Below the pieces are notes generated by a model. That model did not search any database. It was not told the origin of the DNA and worked only from the letters and a program-made list of their open reading frames with translations. A stretch of DNA of 53,232 bases. Origin: Thermostichus sp. DRC_bins_24 (lineage in GTDB: Bacteria; Cyanobacteriota; Cyanobacteriia; Thermostichales; Thermostichaceae). Positions 1 through 11,338 of the stretch are shown here, in pieces (position 1 is the first letter of the stretch; every line of letters starts with the position of its first letter). Where the stretch lies: positions 1 to 53,232 of the forward strand of contig JAUQVK010000093.1 of assembly GCA_039794845.1 (NCBI GenBank). Reading direction: 5' to 3'. The position numbers were made by a program, and so were the translations under genes.

Positions 1-185
1 TCCGGTCTTTTTCCCGAAACGAGAAAATCCGACTTGACCGCTTTGACCGGGCGATGCTTTTGTTTGGCCACCTTCCGAGAACCGGCGACTCCCCTGCAAA
101 CCTGTAAAGCCAAGTTGCTCGACAGGCCAAAGCGAGTGCGAATCTCGTGGTAGCAAAGGGATTGCAGCTTGAGGGCATTGACCAT
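1..185 (-). pseudogene. tnpB: IS200/IS605-family TnpB fragment (5'-truncated, internally deleted and frameshifted; runs off the window)
   Basis: The minus strand reads MVNALKLQSLCYHEIRTRFGLSSNLALQVCRGVAGSRKVAKQKHRPVKA, then in another frame RIFSFREKD. This resembles the N-terminal region of cyanobacterial TnpB as I recall it. Not in the ORF track. Confidence 0.8.
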
Positions 186-196
186 CTTTTTATTTC

Positions 197-272
197 ATCC
201 CGCTGCCGGCGGCGCATTCCTCCCACCCCCTCGAAAGGGTAGGGTGCAGGGCTCCTGCTGCCCTAGCTGATG
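197..272 (-). mobile_element. Probable left end (subterminal hairpin) of the tnpB-bearing IS200/IS605 element
   Basis: Imperfect GC-rich hairpin ccaccccctcgaaagggtagggtg immediately upstream of the tnpB remnant. Confidence 0.5.
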
Positions 273-290
273 CAAGAGCGGAGGCCATTG

Positions 291-355
291 AGGAACCCGC
301 GCTGTATGCGTAGCAACCCTGCAGGAAGCAAGCTACAGCGTCGGGAGCAGGTCAC
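291..355 (+). mobile_element. IS200/IS605-type right end (omegaRNA 3' hairpin ending GTCAC), opposite orientation to the tnpB fragment
   Basis: gaacccgcgctgta...tacagcgtcgggagcaggtcac: a stem-loop followed by TCAC, resembling cyanobacterial tnpB right ends. Confidence 0.6.
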
Positions 356-364
356 AAGAAAGCG

Positions 365-1822
<1,458 letters not shown>

Positions 1823-2260
1823 TTAAAAGAAATGCTCGGTAATGTTGGGTGTAAAAATGAACACAGGGATCCCACCAGGAGAGCCGGATCCCGGCAGCGA
1901 AACCCAGCTTGCTTGAATGTCTGCCCCAAGGACTCCGTCCCGCTGCTACGATCAGCCTACCATTCCCTGTAACCATCCGTAATATCCGCCCAGATTGCTT
2001 CTTTACCTGTGAGCCCTCCCATGAGAAGACTATGAGAAGACGAGGAACAGGCGACTCTCTATTCCTTTGCCGATGCCGATGGCTCCAAGTCACTGAGGTG
2101 GCTTCCAGAGTAGCGCTGGCCGGTTTTGCCATGGTGGGAGGCAACGGGTCAACCCGGCTCCACGGGCTCCAAGAATTGGGCCTAGGGAGCCCTTCCCCAT
2201 AGCAAGCCGCTCCATAGGGGAGAGGTGTACGAGATTCAATACGAGATTCAAAAATTCAGC

Positions 2261-2458
2261 TCAGGCTGGGCAAGCCGGCAAGCTCTCAGGTACGACCACA
2301 ACGCGGCGGACAAACAAGGCTTCAATTAGGCAGTCTAGAGCCGCCAAGTCATCCGGAGCAAAGTTGTTCGCCTCGAGCAGCTGATCCAACCTTTGCTCTT
2401 GACGGGGTGTAAGTACCTGCGTCTGTAAAATTTCTTCGACCAGAGAGTGAATAGTCAC
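2261..2458 (-). CDS. Small cyanobacterial hypothetical protein (65 aa), paralog of 46747..46965
   Basis: GTG start with GGAGG upstream; aligns without gaps to the 72-aa ORF at 46747 (20 of 53 positions identical, counted by hand). Confidence 0.8.
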   Translation of the reverse strand: MTIHSLVEEILQTQVLTPRQEQRLDQLLEANNFAPDDLAALDCLIEALFVRRVVVVPESLPACPA

Positions 2459-2717
2459 CGGGAGCCCTCCCTATCATTCATCACCACAACCCCTACGACA
2501 CCGTGCCTAGGCAAAAGGCGAAACGTCTAAATCAAGGGCGGTACCACAAGCCCTGCTACCCTTCTTCTTAAGGTTACCTTACTTCTTCAGTTAAAGGTAA
2601 TGGAGGGGAAGACGGGCTGCAGGAAAACTTCAGGAATACTAAAGATTGGTAAAAACACAAAAATAAACTTGTCTCATTGATAATCTCTGAGAACGCCAAA
2701 GCTTAATCAGCCAGCTA

Positions 2718-2901
2718 TACAACCCTTGCGCGGGTTGTCTACAGCAGGGATTGTGCTTTCTGCTCCTGCCTTCGCGGGGCCCGGAGGGCTCTTCTTCTAG
2801 AGAGTGGATCTCAACTTCCACAGTTGTTACACGTGACCGGCAGTGCCTTATGGGTCGCTATGGGCGAACACGCCGGTGTGCCCTGGGTATAAAGGGCTGT
2901 A
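2718..2901 (+). mobile_element. MITE copy 1 (TA-flanked, TIR TACAGCCCTT...AAGGGCTGTA)
   Basis: Starts tacaacccttgcgcgggttgtctacagcaggg and ends aaagggctgta; homologous to four other loci in the window. Confidence 0.85.
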
Positions 2902-3141
2902 AGTCCGATTGCCCACCTTAATTCTCTCAAGGCCCAAGACAACCCTGTATTCCACGGGCTTTGCCAACACCGGCAACGTTCCAGCCTTTTGACGACCCAT
3001 GCAGGATATCCACAACCAGACTCCGGTCGTTTGGGCACTTTCTGGCTCTGACGGAATGGTTTCGTTGGAAACGTGGAGTGCACTCTGCTAGGGTGAGAGG
3101 CAGGCTTCTTCACCTTTTCTTTAGGAGCAAAGGGATCTCTC

Positions 3142-4320
3142 ATGCAAGCCATTACCCTGCTGGGCTCCACCGGCTCCATCGGCACCCAGACCTTGGACTT
3201 GGTGGCTCAGTATCCTGATCGCTTTCGGGTTGTGGGGCTGACCAGCCACAACAACATCACGCTGTTGGCGGAGCAGGTGCGGCAGTTTCGTCCCCAAATC
3301 GTCGGCATTGGCCGTGAAGACCTGTTGCCGGAGCTGCGGTCGCTGTTAGCAGGGATTGAGCCGATGCCCGAGTTGGTGGCCGGCTCTGCCGGATTGTGTC
3401 AGGTAGCCGCCCATTCCGATGCAGAACGGGTAGTGACAGGCATTGTCGGCTGTGCGGGTCTGCTGCCAACCCTGGCCGCCGTTCGTGCGGGTAAAGATAT
3501 CGCCCTGGCCAATAAGGAAACCCTGGTCGCCGGTGGTCCGGTGGTGCTGCCTCTGGTGCGAGAGAATGGGGTGAAATTGATCCCGGTGGATTCGGAGCAC
3601 TCTGCCATTTTTCAGTGTTTACAGGGGGTGCCAGAGGGGGCGCTGCGAAGGATTTTGTTGACTGCTTCGGGCGGGGCCTTCCGCGATTGGCCGGCTGAAA
3701 AACTGGAGCAAGTAACATTGGCGGATGCCCTCAAGCATCCCAACTGGGTGATGGGACGCAAAATCACCATCGACTCTGCCACCTTAATGAACAAAGGCTT
3801 GGAGGTGATCGAGGCCCGCTGGCTATTCGATCTAGACTACGACCACATCGACATCCTTATCCACCCTCAAAGCATCATCCACTCCCTGATCGAACTGGCG
3901 GATACCTCCGTCCTGGCCCAATTGGGTTGGCCGGATATGCACCTGCCAATTCTCTACGGGCTCAGTTGGCCGGAACGCCTTGCCACGCCCTGGGATCCCC
4001 TCGATTTGGTCAAGCTGGGATCCCTTACCTTTAAGGCACCCGATCACCGCAAGTACCCCTGTATGAGGCTGGCCTATGCCGCCGGGCGGGCGGGGGGGAC
4101 GATGCCCGCGGTGTTGAATGCCGCCAACGAAGCGGTTGTGGCTCTCTTTTTGGAGGAGCGTATCCGCTTTTTGGAGATCCCGCGTCTGTTGGAACAGGTT
4201 TGCGAACGGCATCAACTGATTGCGGATCCCACTTTGGAGGACATTTTGCAGGTGGATGCCTGGGCACGGCAGGAAGTTGCGCAACTGGTGGAGCAGGCCC
4301 CGGTGCGGATCTTGGTCTAG
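3142..4320 (+). CDS. dxr: 1-deoxy-D-xylulose-5-phosphate reductoisomerase
   Basis: [21 protein letters not shown] and NKGLEVIEA motifs. Confidence 0.98.
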   Translation: MQAITLLGSTGSIGTQTLDLVAQYPDRFRVVGLTSHNNITLLAEQVRQFRPQIVGIGREDLLPELRSLLAGIEPMPELVAGSAGLCQVAAHSDAERVVTGIVGCAGLLPTLAAVRAGKDIALANKETLVAGGPVVLPLVRENGVKLIPVDSEHSAIFQCLQGVPEGALRRILLTASGGAFRDWPAEKLEQVTLADALKHPNWVMGRKITIDSATLMNKGLEVIEARWLFDLDYDHIDILIHPQSIIHSLIELADTSVLAQLGWPDMHLPILYGLSWPERLATPWDPLDLVKLGSLTFKAPDHRKYPCMRLAYAAGRAGGTMPAVLNAANEAVVALFLEERIRFLEIPRLLEQVCERHQLIADPTLEDILQVDAWARQEVAQLVEQAPVRILV

Positions 4321-4330
4321 CTTAGCGCTG

Positions 4331-5485
4331 TCATGGGGCGCGACGATAGCGCATTCCCGGCAGTTGCACCAGCCAACCTTCCAACTCCATGATCAGCAAG
4401 GTGCTGGAAAGGGTGGTCATCTCCATCTGGGTGGCCTGGGCCAGGGCATCGATGCTGATCGGGTCGGATCCCAGCAGTTGCCACAGGAGTTGCTGCTCCG
4501 GTTCCGTGGGGCCAGCCGTGGGCCCGTTCTGGGAGCTGCTGTTTGGCGTTGTGTCGGAGGATCCCTGCGTTCCAACGCCTGAGGCACTCCGGGCCAGCCC
4601 CAGCTCCTCCAAAAGGTTGTCGACTCCTAAAATCATGCCTGCACCGCCGCGGATTAGGTTCAGGCAGCCTCGTGCCGCCGCTGTGTCGATGTTGCCGGGC
4701 AGCGCATACACCTCCCGCCCATAGTTGTTGGCCAGGTAGGCGGTGATCAGGGCTCCCGAGCGCTCAGGGGCTTCCATAACCAGAGTGGCACGGCATAGCC
4801 CTGCAATGATGCGATTGCGTTGGGGAAAATGCTCCTTGGCGGGTGGGGTGCCGGGGGGATACTCGCTCAAGATCGCCCCTTGCCTCTGAATGCGTTGGTG
4901 CAGCTGCCGATGCTGCGTGGGGTACACCACATCCACGCCCGTGCCCACCACGGCCAGGGTTTTGCCCCCGGCCTCCAAGCAGGCTTGGTGAGCCGTGCCA
5001 TCGATCCCGGCCGCCAACCCCGACACCACCACCCATCCGGCTTCGGCCAAAGCAGCGCTGATTTGCTGCGTCCAATGGCGACCGTAGGCGGTAGGGGCAC
5101 GGGTGCCGACGATCGCAACGGCGGGCTGCTCCCAGGTGGGGCAGTCGCCCAGCCGATAAAGGAGCGGCGGCGGATCCGGCAGCTCCCAGAGCAAGGGGGG
5201 ATAGGTCGGATCCGCAGGGGTGACAAATGGGATCCCGGGCTTGCGGGTTTGCTCCAGAATTTGGGCGGGGATCAGTTGCTGCCTTGCCCATTGGATGGAT
5301 TGGGCCAGATTGGGGCCGATCCCTTCCACCTGTTGCAGGGCCAGCTCATCTGCTTGCCAGGCCCGCTCCAGAGAGCCGAAGAACTCCGCCAGCCGCTTGA
5401 GCCGGTGGGGACCGATGCCTTTAACCTGCGCCCAGGCCAACCAGTAGGGCCGCTCTTGTTCCCCACGACCCGGAAGGACGGGCAT
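4331..5485 (-). CDS. dprA: DNA-processing protein DprA
   Basis: VAIVGTR, SGLAAGIDG and FPQRNRIIAG motifs plus a C-terminal winged helix. Start placed at ATG 5485; the ORF is open to 5566. Confidence 0.95.
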   Translation of the reverse strand: MPVLPGRGEQERPYWLAWAQVKGIGPHRLKRLAEFFGSLERAWQADELALQQVEGIGPNLAQSIQWARQQLIPAQILEQTRKPGIPFVTPADPTYPPLLWELPDPPPLLYRLGDCPTWEQPAVAIVGTRAPTAYGRHWTQQISAALAEAGWVVVSGLAAGIDGTAHQACLEAGGKTLAVVGTGVDVVYPTQHRQLHQRIQRQGAILSEYPPGTPPAKEHFPQRNRIIAGLCRATLVMEAPERSGALITAYLANNYGREVYALPGNIDTAAARGCLNLIRGGAGMILGVDNLLEELGLARSASGVGTQGSSDTTPNSSSQNGPTAGPTEPEQQLLWQLLGSDPISIDALAQATQMEMTTLSSTLLIMELEGWLVQLPGMRYRRAP

Positions 5486-6526
5486 GGGATCCAACGAAGA
5501 AGAGGAGGGAAAAGCAGACAATCTGGAGTTCCTGCACAAGGGTGAAGCTGAGGCTAGGGTTCCCAACAGTCGGATCCCCTTCTAAGGATGGTTCACTCCC
5601 CTTTGGGGCCGGATCCCCATCCGCTTTCTGACTGCTTTGATGATAGTTCAGACGCTCTCCCGGATCGGATCTGCCCCGGCAAGTGGGTGTTTCTCCGGCC
5701 AGAAAGATTCTCCATCACACCAGAGATTGGATCCCGGCACCCCCAGTGTCCATAGCTCCGGTGCTTGTGTTGGACAGCTTTGAATGGGATCCAATTGAAT
5801 GTTAAATACTCATTTCTTCATTATAGAAAAACAGAATCAATTCTGAATAATGACTCCAATTCCGAATCAGCAAGAGAAATAGCGAGAAAATCAGTCGGAG
5901 AAAAGTTAATCCTACAAGAAAAGAATACATGATTCTTTACATCAGCTGAATAAATTAGGTTTTAACTTCTGAAAAGCTGGTCGGAAAAATTATTTTTTAA
6001 GTCCATTTGAATGGTGAAATCATATTTAAATTATTCCTGTGTCAAAGTTTAGTTTATTTGTTCTTTGTGATCTTCTCTCTCCTAAATCGACTGTGCTTTG
6101 GGTGTAAAATCGTCTAGACCTAAATTGGAGAGACAAGGAGAAACTCTTGCTATGCAAGGCTTTGACAGCAGCTTACATTCTGCCACTCTCCATGAGACGG
6201 TATATTGAGGTCAGGAGCTGGACTGCTTAGATAAACTGAATCTGTTCTGTGAAATAGGTAAGCTTTTGCTTATATTTTTTCTTGAGATATTTCCGTGTTT
6301 GAGCGAGATAGCTATATCTCTAGACCGTCGTGTCGTCATTGAAACTTCGGTGGGATCCTCTCCAAATGTCCTTCTTCTCTCATCTCATTCACCTCAACAG
6401 GAAAGCTGGGGTAGGTCAGAATTGTGCCTTCTGCCACGGTATTCGGGACGATTTGTGTGTCGGCTAAAGACAGAACTAATCCGTTGACGGATATGCACAG
6501 GTGGTGTTTCATGGAATCCATAGTCA

Positions 6527-7330
6527 ATGCTCCCCACCACTTGTAGACCCTGCCCCCGTCAGTTCGGCAATACAGTTCCCTGTGGGCCAGAGCCTTGCCC
6601 CCTACGCTCACGAGAAGAAAAAGTGGTTTGCACTGCTTCCCCGGATCCCATCCCCTCCCCCAAGGATGCCGTTTCTATGCGACAAGTCGCCGCTAAACCC
6701 TTCGGGCACGCAAGCGAAGGCACAAACACCCGCGCCAACGCCAAGCGGTCTGCAGCTCAAGCCAATTCTGTTGCTGGCGACCGATCTGCTCAGTTGATCC
6801 CCCAGGGATCCCTGCAGCTTTACACCCACCCTAGCCGTGGCACCTTCACTCCCGTCATGGCCCAGGCGCTGCGGTTGGCCGGTCAAGGGGCTCAAGTGTT
6901 GATCGTGCAGTTTCTCAAGGGGGGGATCAACCAAGGGCCAGAGAATCGTCTTCTGTTGGGGAGCTCCTTGGAGTGGGTTCGCTGTCGGCTGCATCGTTGC
7001 ATCGATACCCCCCAGTTGGATCCCGATGAGCGCGTTGCCCTCGACGAGCTGTGGCAATTTACCCAAGCGGCTGTGGGTAGTGGCAGCTATGACTTGGTGG
7101 TGTTGGATGAACTGAGCTTGGCCATGAAGTTGGGCCTGATCCCGGAAGCCGATGTGCTGAGCTTGATCGACCAGCGCCCCATCTCGATGGATATGGTGAT
7201 CACCGGGCCGGAGATGCCAGACTCTCTTCTGGAACGGGCGGATTTGATCACGCAGTTGCGCCAACGCATGGGGACAGGTAGCCTTTCCCGCTCGCTAGAG
7301 CCCAATGCCCCTGCCATCTCTTCCCTTTAG
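6527..7330 (+). CDS. Cob(I)yrinic acid a,c-diamide adenosyltransferase-like (CobO/BtuR-like) protein, cyanobacterial type
   Basis: VQFLKGG, YDLVVLDEL and VITGP motifs. The canonical GxGKGKT loop is absent. The true start is probably downstream of 6527. Confidence 0.8.
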   Translation: MLPTTCRPCPRQFGNTVPCGPEPCPLRSREEKVVCTASPDPIPSPKDAVSMRQVAAKPFGHASEGTNTRANAKRSAAQANSVAGDRSAQLIPQGSLQLYTHPSRGTFTPVMAQALRLAGQGAQVLIVQFLKGGINQGPENRLLLGSSLEWVRCRLHRCIDTPQLDPDERVALDELWQFTQAAVGSGSYDLVVLDELSLAMKLGLIPEADVLSLIDQRPISMDMVITGPEMPDSLLERADLITQLRQRMGTGSLSRSLEPNAPAISSL

Positions 7331-7357
7331 ATCCTCAAGCCCGCTGTCGAGGAAGTC

Positions 7358-7951
7358 ATGTTGAAAAATGACCGCTGGATCTGTGAGCAAGCTCGGCAGG
7401 GGATGATCGACCCCTTCCAACCGGAGTTGGTGCGCACTGTCAGTTGGGCAGGGCAAACTCGGCCCGTTTTGAGCTATGGGCTGTCCTCCTATGGCTATGA
7501 CATTCGCCTTTCGCCGGTGGAGTTTAAGATCTTCCGCCATATCCCCGGCACGATTGTGGATCCGAAGCGGTTTAACCCCAAAAATCTGGAATCCGTGGAG
7601 CTGCACCACGACTCAGAGGGGGATTACTTTATCATTCCCGCCCATTCTTACGGCCTGGGAGTTGCGCTAGAGCGGCTGCAGATCCCCGACAACATCACTG
7701 TCATTTGTATCGGTAAGTCTTCCTACGCTAGGGTGGGGTTAATTGCCAACCTCACGCCGGCTGAAGCGGGGTGGCGGGGCTACCTTACCCTGGAATTTTC
7801 CAATGCCTCCAGTGCCGACTGCCGAGTCTATGCCAACGAAGGGGTGGTGCAGCTGCTCTTTTTGGAAGGGGAGCCCTGTGAAGTGACCTACGCAGACCGG
7901 GTGGGCAAGTATCAGGATCAGCCCCAGCAGGTGGTGGTAGCTAGGGTTTGA
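7358..7951 (+). CDS. dcd: dCTP deaminase
   Basis: SYGLSSYGYD, GKSSYARVG and YANEGVVQ motifs. Confidence 0.96.
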   Translation: MLKNDRWICEQARQGMIDPFQPELVRTVSWAGQTRPVLSYGLSSYGYDIRLSPVEFKIFRHIPGTIVDPKRFNPKNLESVELHHDSEGDYFIIPAHSYGLGVALERLQIPDNITVICIGKSSYARVGLIANLTPAEAGWRGYLTLEFSNASSADCRVYANEGVVQLLFLEGEPCEVTYADRVGKYQDQPQQVVVARV

Positions 7952-7978
7952 ACCTCTCACTGGGTTTATGCTGGGTTT

Positions 7979-9127
7979 ATGCCGGATCCCTCCCTGAGTG
8001 CCGCCGAAAGCTCGCTTGATCTTCTCACTGCTGCCTACGATTACACCCTGCCCGAGGAGTGCATCGCCCAAACTCCCGTAGAACCTAGGGATCAGGCGCG
8101 CATGTTGGTGGTGCATCCCGGCGGGCATGAACATCGCCGCTTTTGCGATCTGCCCGATTGTCTACGGGCGGGAGACTTGCTGGTGCTCAACGATACCAAG
8201 GTGATCCCAGCCCGATTGTTGGGCACAAAGGTAGTACCGGGCAGGGATCCTCCCGGAGCCCGCATCGAGGTGTTGTTGCTGGAGCCGCTCGAAGAAGGGT
8301 CTGCAAAGATACAGCAGCTAGGGATCCCGGCTCAGAAGTGTGTATGGCAGGTCTTGGTGAAGCCGGGCAAGCGGGTGAAGGTGGGGGATCGGATTCGGTT
8401 TTGGGATGAGAAGGGATCCGCAACCCCCCACGATTTGACGGCCACCGTGCAGGCTTTGGATCCCAGCACAGGTGGGCGGATTGTGCAGTTTGAGTGGGCA
8501 GGAACCGCCCCTTTTGAAACTGTCTTGGAGCAGGTGGGTCGGATCCCGTTTCCGCCTTATATCCGGTCGAATCAAGCCCGTCCGCAGGACTACCAAACTG
8601 TTTGGGCCAGACAACCCGGCTCGGTGGCCGCCCCCACCGCAGGACTGCACTTCACCCAAGAACTCTTGGATCGCTTAGCCCAACAGGGGATCCAAACCGC
8701 TACCATCACCTTGAATATCGGTCTGGGTACCTTCCGCCCGGTTGAAGCGGAGCGGGTCACCGATCATCACCTGCACAGCGAGTGGCTCAAGGTTCCGGCC
8801 GAAACGGTGGTGGCTATTCGGGAAACCCAGGCTCAAGGGGGACGGGTGATCGCGGTGGGAACGACGGTAGCCCGCTCCTTAGAAACCGCGGCAGCCTCTG
8901 GCGCCTTACAACCTTGGCAGGGAAAAAGTGACCTGTTCATCTACCCCGGCTATTCTTGGCGGGTGATTCAGGGGCTGATCACCAATTTTCATCTGCCCCG
9001 CTCCAGCCTGATGATGCTGGTGGCGGCTTTGATCGGGCGCCGGAGGTTGCTGGATCTGTATCAAGAGGCGCTGGAGCAGGGGTATCGCTTCTATTCTTTT
9101 GGGGATGGCATGTTGATTCTGCCTTAG
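7979..9127 (+). CDS. queA: S-adenosylmethionine:tRNA ribosyltransferase-isomerase
   Basis: NDTKVIPARL, GSVAAPTAGLHF, TNFHLPRSS and YRFYSFGDGM motifs. Confidence 0.98.
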   Translation: MPDPSLSAAESSLDLLTAAYDYTLPEECIAQTPVEPRDQARMLVVHPGGHEHRRFCDLPDCLRAGDLLVLNDTKVIPARLLGTKVVPGRDPPGARIEVLLLEPLEEGSAKIQQLGIPAQKCVWQVLVKPGKRVKVGDRIRFWDEKGSATPHDLTATVQALDPSTGGRIVQFEWAGTAPFETVLEQVGRIPFPPYIRSNQARPQDYQTVWARQPGSVAAPTAGLHFTQELLDRLAQQGIQTATITLNIGLGTFRPVEAERVTDHHLHSEWLKVPAETVVAIRETQAQGGRVIAVGTTVARSLETAAASGALQPWQGKSDLFIYPGYSWRVIQGLITNFHLPRSSLMMLVAALIGRRRLLDLYQEALEQGYRFYSFGDGMLILP

Positions 9128-9876
9128 GGCTGGGGTGGATTTCCGGATAGACTGTGCTCTCCCGATAGAGCCGGAGGCCGATCCCGCCCGGTGGCAAACC
9201 AGTTCTGTAGTCGCTCCCATTCCACTTGGTTGTAGCCATCCACCACCCAGTTGGCCCGCCGTTGCAACATATGCAAAGGGAACAGGGTGGCTATGGCCAA
9301 TACCGGGATCCCTGCCGAACGGGCCGCCTGAATGCCGGGATAGGTGGCCTCAAGGCTCAGGCAATCCCCGGCCGGTAACCCCATCCGCTCCAGCAGCAGG
9401 CGGTGCAGATGGCCCGGAGCAAGCATCGGATCCGCGTCATCCCCCGTCACTTGGCAGGAGAAATAGCGATCCAGATGCGAACGCTCAAGAAAATAGCTCA
9501 CCTCTGCCGCCGATTGTCCACACAGCAAGCCCACCTTCAGGTGCAGCTGCTCTAGCTTTTCCAGGGTTTCCACCAAGTGTGGGATCAGAGGCAATCGCGG
9601 TTGAGCCTCTAAAGCCTGTCGGTAGTAAAGGGCCTTGCGCTCCAGCAGATCCACCAGTTGTTTGGGGTTGAGCACCCGCCCTTGCTCCCCCCAGAGGCTA
9701 ACCAGACGTTCTCGATCCGGTTGGCCCAGGTATTGCAACCGATAGCGCTCTTTTTGCTTCAGATCCCAGGGGCGTAGGTTCTCTTCCACCAACACCTGAT
9801 TGATGGCCTGCAGGTGTAGCCCTTCATCGTCGGCTACAATCCCACTCCAGCTCAGTATCACCCCTTGCAGTGCCAT
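9124..9876 (-). CDS. HAD-superfamily (beta-PGM/CbbY-like) protein with degenerate catalytic motifs
   Basis: Overall HAD layout (GIQAARSAG, LQRRANWVVD), but motif I reads LSWSG and motif IV reads LEAT. Confidence 0.8.
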   Translation of the reverse strand: MALQGVILSWSGIVADDEGLHLQAINQVLVEENLRPWDLKQKERYRLQYLGQPDRERLVSLWGEQGRVLNPKQLVDLLERKALYYRQALEAQPRLPLIPHLVETLEKLEQLHLKVGLLCGQSAAEVSYFLERSHLDRYFSCQVTGDDADPMLAPGHLHRLLLERMGLPAGDCLSLEATYPGIQAARSAGIPVLAIATLFPLHMLQRRANWVVDGYNQVEWERLQNWFATGRDRPPALSGEHSLSGNPPQP

Positions 9877-10039
9877 GTTGGCAACGGTTGCCCCCTTTCA
9901 ACGACCACAAATCCTCACCGCCCGATAGGCTGCCCTTTCTGGATCTCGTTAACGTAGCACCCTCTCGCCTGGCGAGGTGCGTAGCACCATCAAAGCAGAT
10001 CCCGATGGCATTAGCGGGGCGGGGGGCGGAGGCAATGGG

Positions 10040-11035
10040 TCAGGCAGCACGCACGGGTGGAGCCATGAAACTGGGGGGGATCGACTCGGGAATGCAGGTT
10101 TGCAAAATCCTGTCGATGGTTTCCATCGCCGCCGCATCCAAGGACCACCCCCATAGCCCGGATATTGCATCCAGGTGGTAGGGTTTGCGCGCCCCCCACA
10201 GGGCCACACTCACCCCCGGACGATCCAGCATCCAGCGTACCGCCAACTGGGCCAGGGTCTTGCCGTAGCAATCTTGGGCAAAGTGGTTCAACTCCTCTGC
10301 TGCTTTTAAGTATTGGGAGTAGCGCGGTTCGGTGAATTTGGGATCTATTCCGGAGCGCATATCTCCGGGGGCAAAGGTGGTTTGTGGGGTCATGCGTCCG
10401 CTCAGCAGCCCCCGACAAAGGGAGCTGTACATCAGGGTGTGAATGCCGTTTTGCCGGCAGTAGGGCAAAATATCCGCCTCGATATCCCGTTCAAACAGGT
10501 TGTAGGGGGGTTGAGCACTGTGCAGGGGGGCCACCTGGCGGAAGCGCTCCATCTGTTCAACAGAAAAGTTGCTGACCCCAATGGCACGGATCTTGCCTTG
10601 CTTGAGCAACTGCCCCAAAAACGCGGCGGTTTCTTCGATGGGCTCCACCGGATCCGGCCAGTGAATTTGGTAGAGATCGATTACCTCCGTTTGCAAGCGC
10701 CGCAGGGAGTCTTCCAGCTCTCGGGTGAGGCGAGGCAGGCTGGAGTTGCGCACCACCTTGTTATTCGACCAATCCAACCCAGCTTTGGTGGCGATGATCA
10801 CCTGATCGCGGCGACCGGAATCTTTGATGGCTTGCCCGACCACTTCTTCCGAAAGGCCAAACCCATAGATGGGGGCGGTGTCGATGGTGGTCATGCCCAG
10901 ATCGATTGCTTTGCGAACCGTGGTGTAGGACTCCTGTCGATCGGAAGGCCCCCACCAACCGCCGCCAATCGCCCAGGTGCCCAATCCAACCCGGCTCAAG
11001 CTCAGCCCTGTATCCCCAAGGGTGACGAACTCCAT
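10040..11035 (-). CDS. Aldo/keto reductase
   Basis: GLGTWAIGG, DTAPIYG, IDLYQIHWPD and GVSNFS motifs. Confidence 0.95.
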   Translation of the reverse strand: MEFVTLGDTGLSLSRVGLGTWAIGGGWWGPSDRQESYTTVRKAIDLGMTTIDTAPIYGFGLSEEVVGQAIKDSGRRDQVIIATKAGLDWSNNKVVRNSSLPRLTRELEDSLRRLQTEVIDLYQIHWPDPVEPIEETAAFLGQLLKQGKIRAIGVSNFSVEQMERFRQVAPLHSAQPPYNLFERDIEADILPYCRQNGIHTLMYSSLCRGLLSGRMTPQTTFAPGDMRSGIDPKFTEPRYSQYLKAAEELNHFAQDCYGKTLAQLAVRWMLDRPGVSVALWGARKPYHLDAISGLWGWSLDAAAMETIDRILQTCIPESIPPSFMAPPVRAA

Positions 11036-11159
11036 CGCTGCTCCTCATTTGAAAAATCCTCTCGACTCCCCTCCCCAGAAGGATATCCGAGGTATGTCGC
11101 ACGAAAGGTTTGCAAGTGTTTGCCCCACCTACTGTGGCAGGGGATCCCGCCTAAGAATC

Positions 11160-11173
11160 GTAACAGGTGCTAC
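11160..11173. promoter_or_regulatory. Candidate NtcA box GTA-N8-TAC
   Basis: GTAACAGGTGCTAC lies in the divergent intergenic region; there is no good -10 at the canonical spacing. Confidence 0.4.
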
Positions 11174-11338
11174 TTTTCCTAGATGGAAGTAGGGTGGGTT
11201 GCGCAGATAACCCAGCCCCTTGGCTGCCGCTGGTAGTCTTAGGGAGGCTTTGTACTCTGCAGAACGGGGGAGCTGGGCCGATAGGATCCCAGTTAGAAAC
11301 ACTACCCATCGCGACGAGACGCTTTGAGGAATTGCCCC

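Noticed and set aside
2546..2558. 13-nt match (cacaagccctgct) to the MITE interior
   Set aside because: It is too short to distinguish a decayed copy from chance.
2811..3218. ORFs overlapping MITE copy 1 and the dxr start
   Set aside because: They span a mobile element and the dxr 5' end, and none of the frames I translated gave a recognisable remnant.
5790..6330. oriC or CRISPR leader in the AT-rich region
   Set aside because: I saw no cluster of TTATCCACA-like DnaA boxes, no dnaA or dnaN nearby, and no array after the leader-like palindrome at about 6140-6167.
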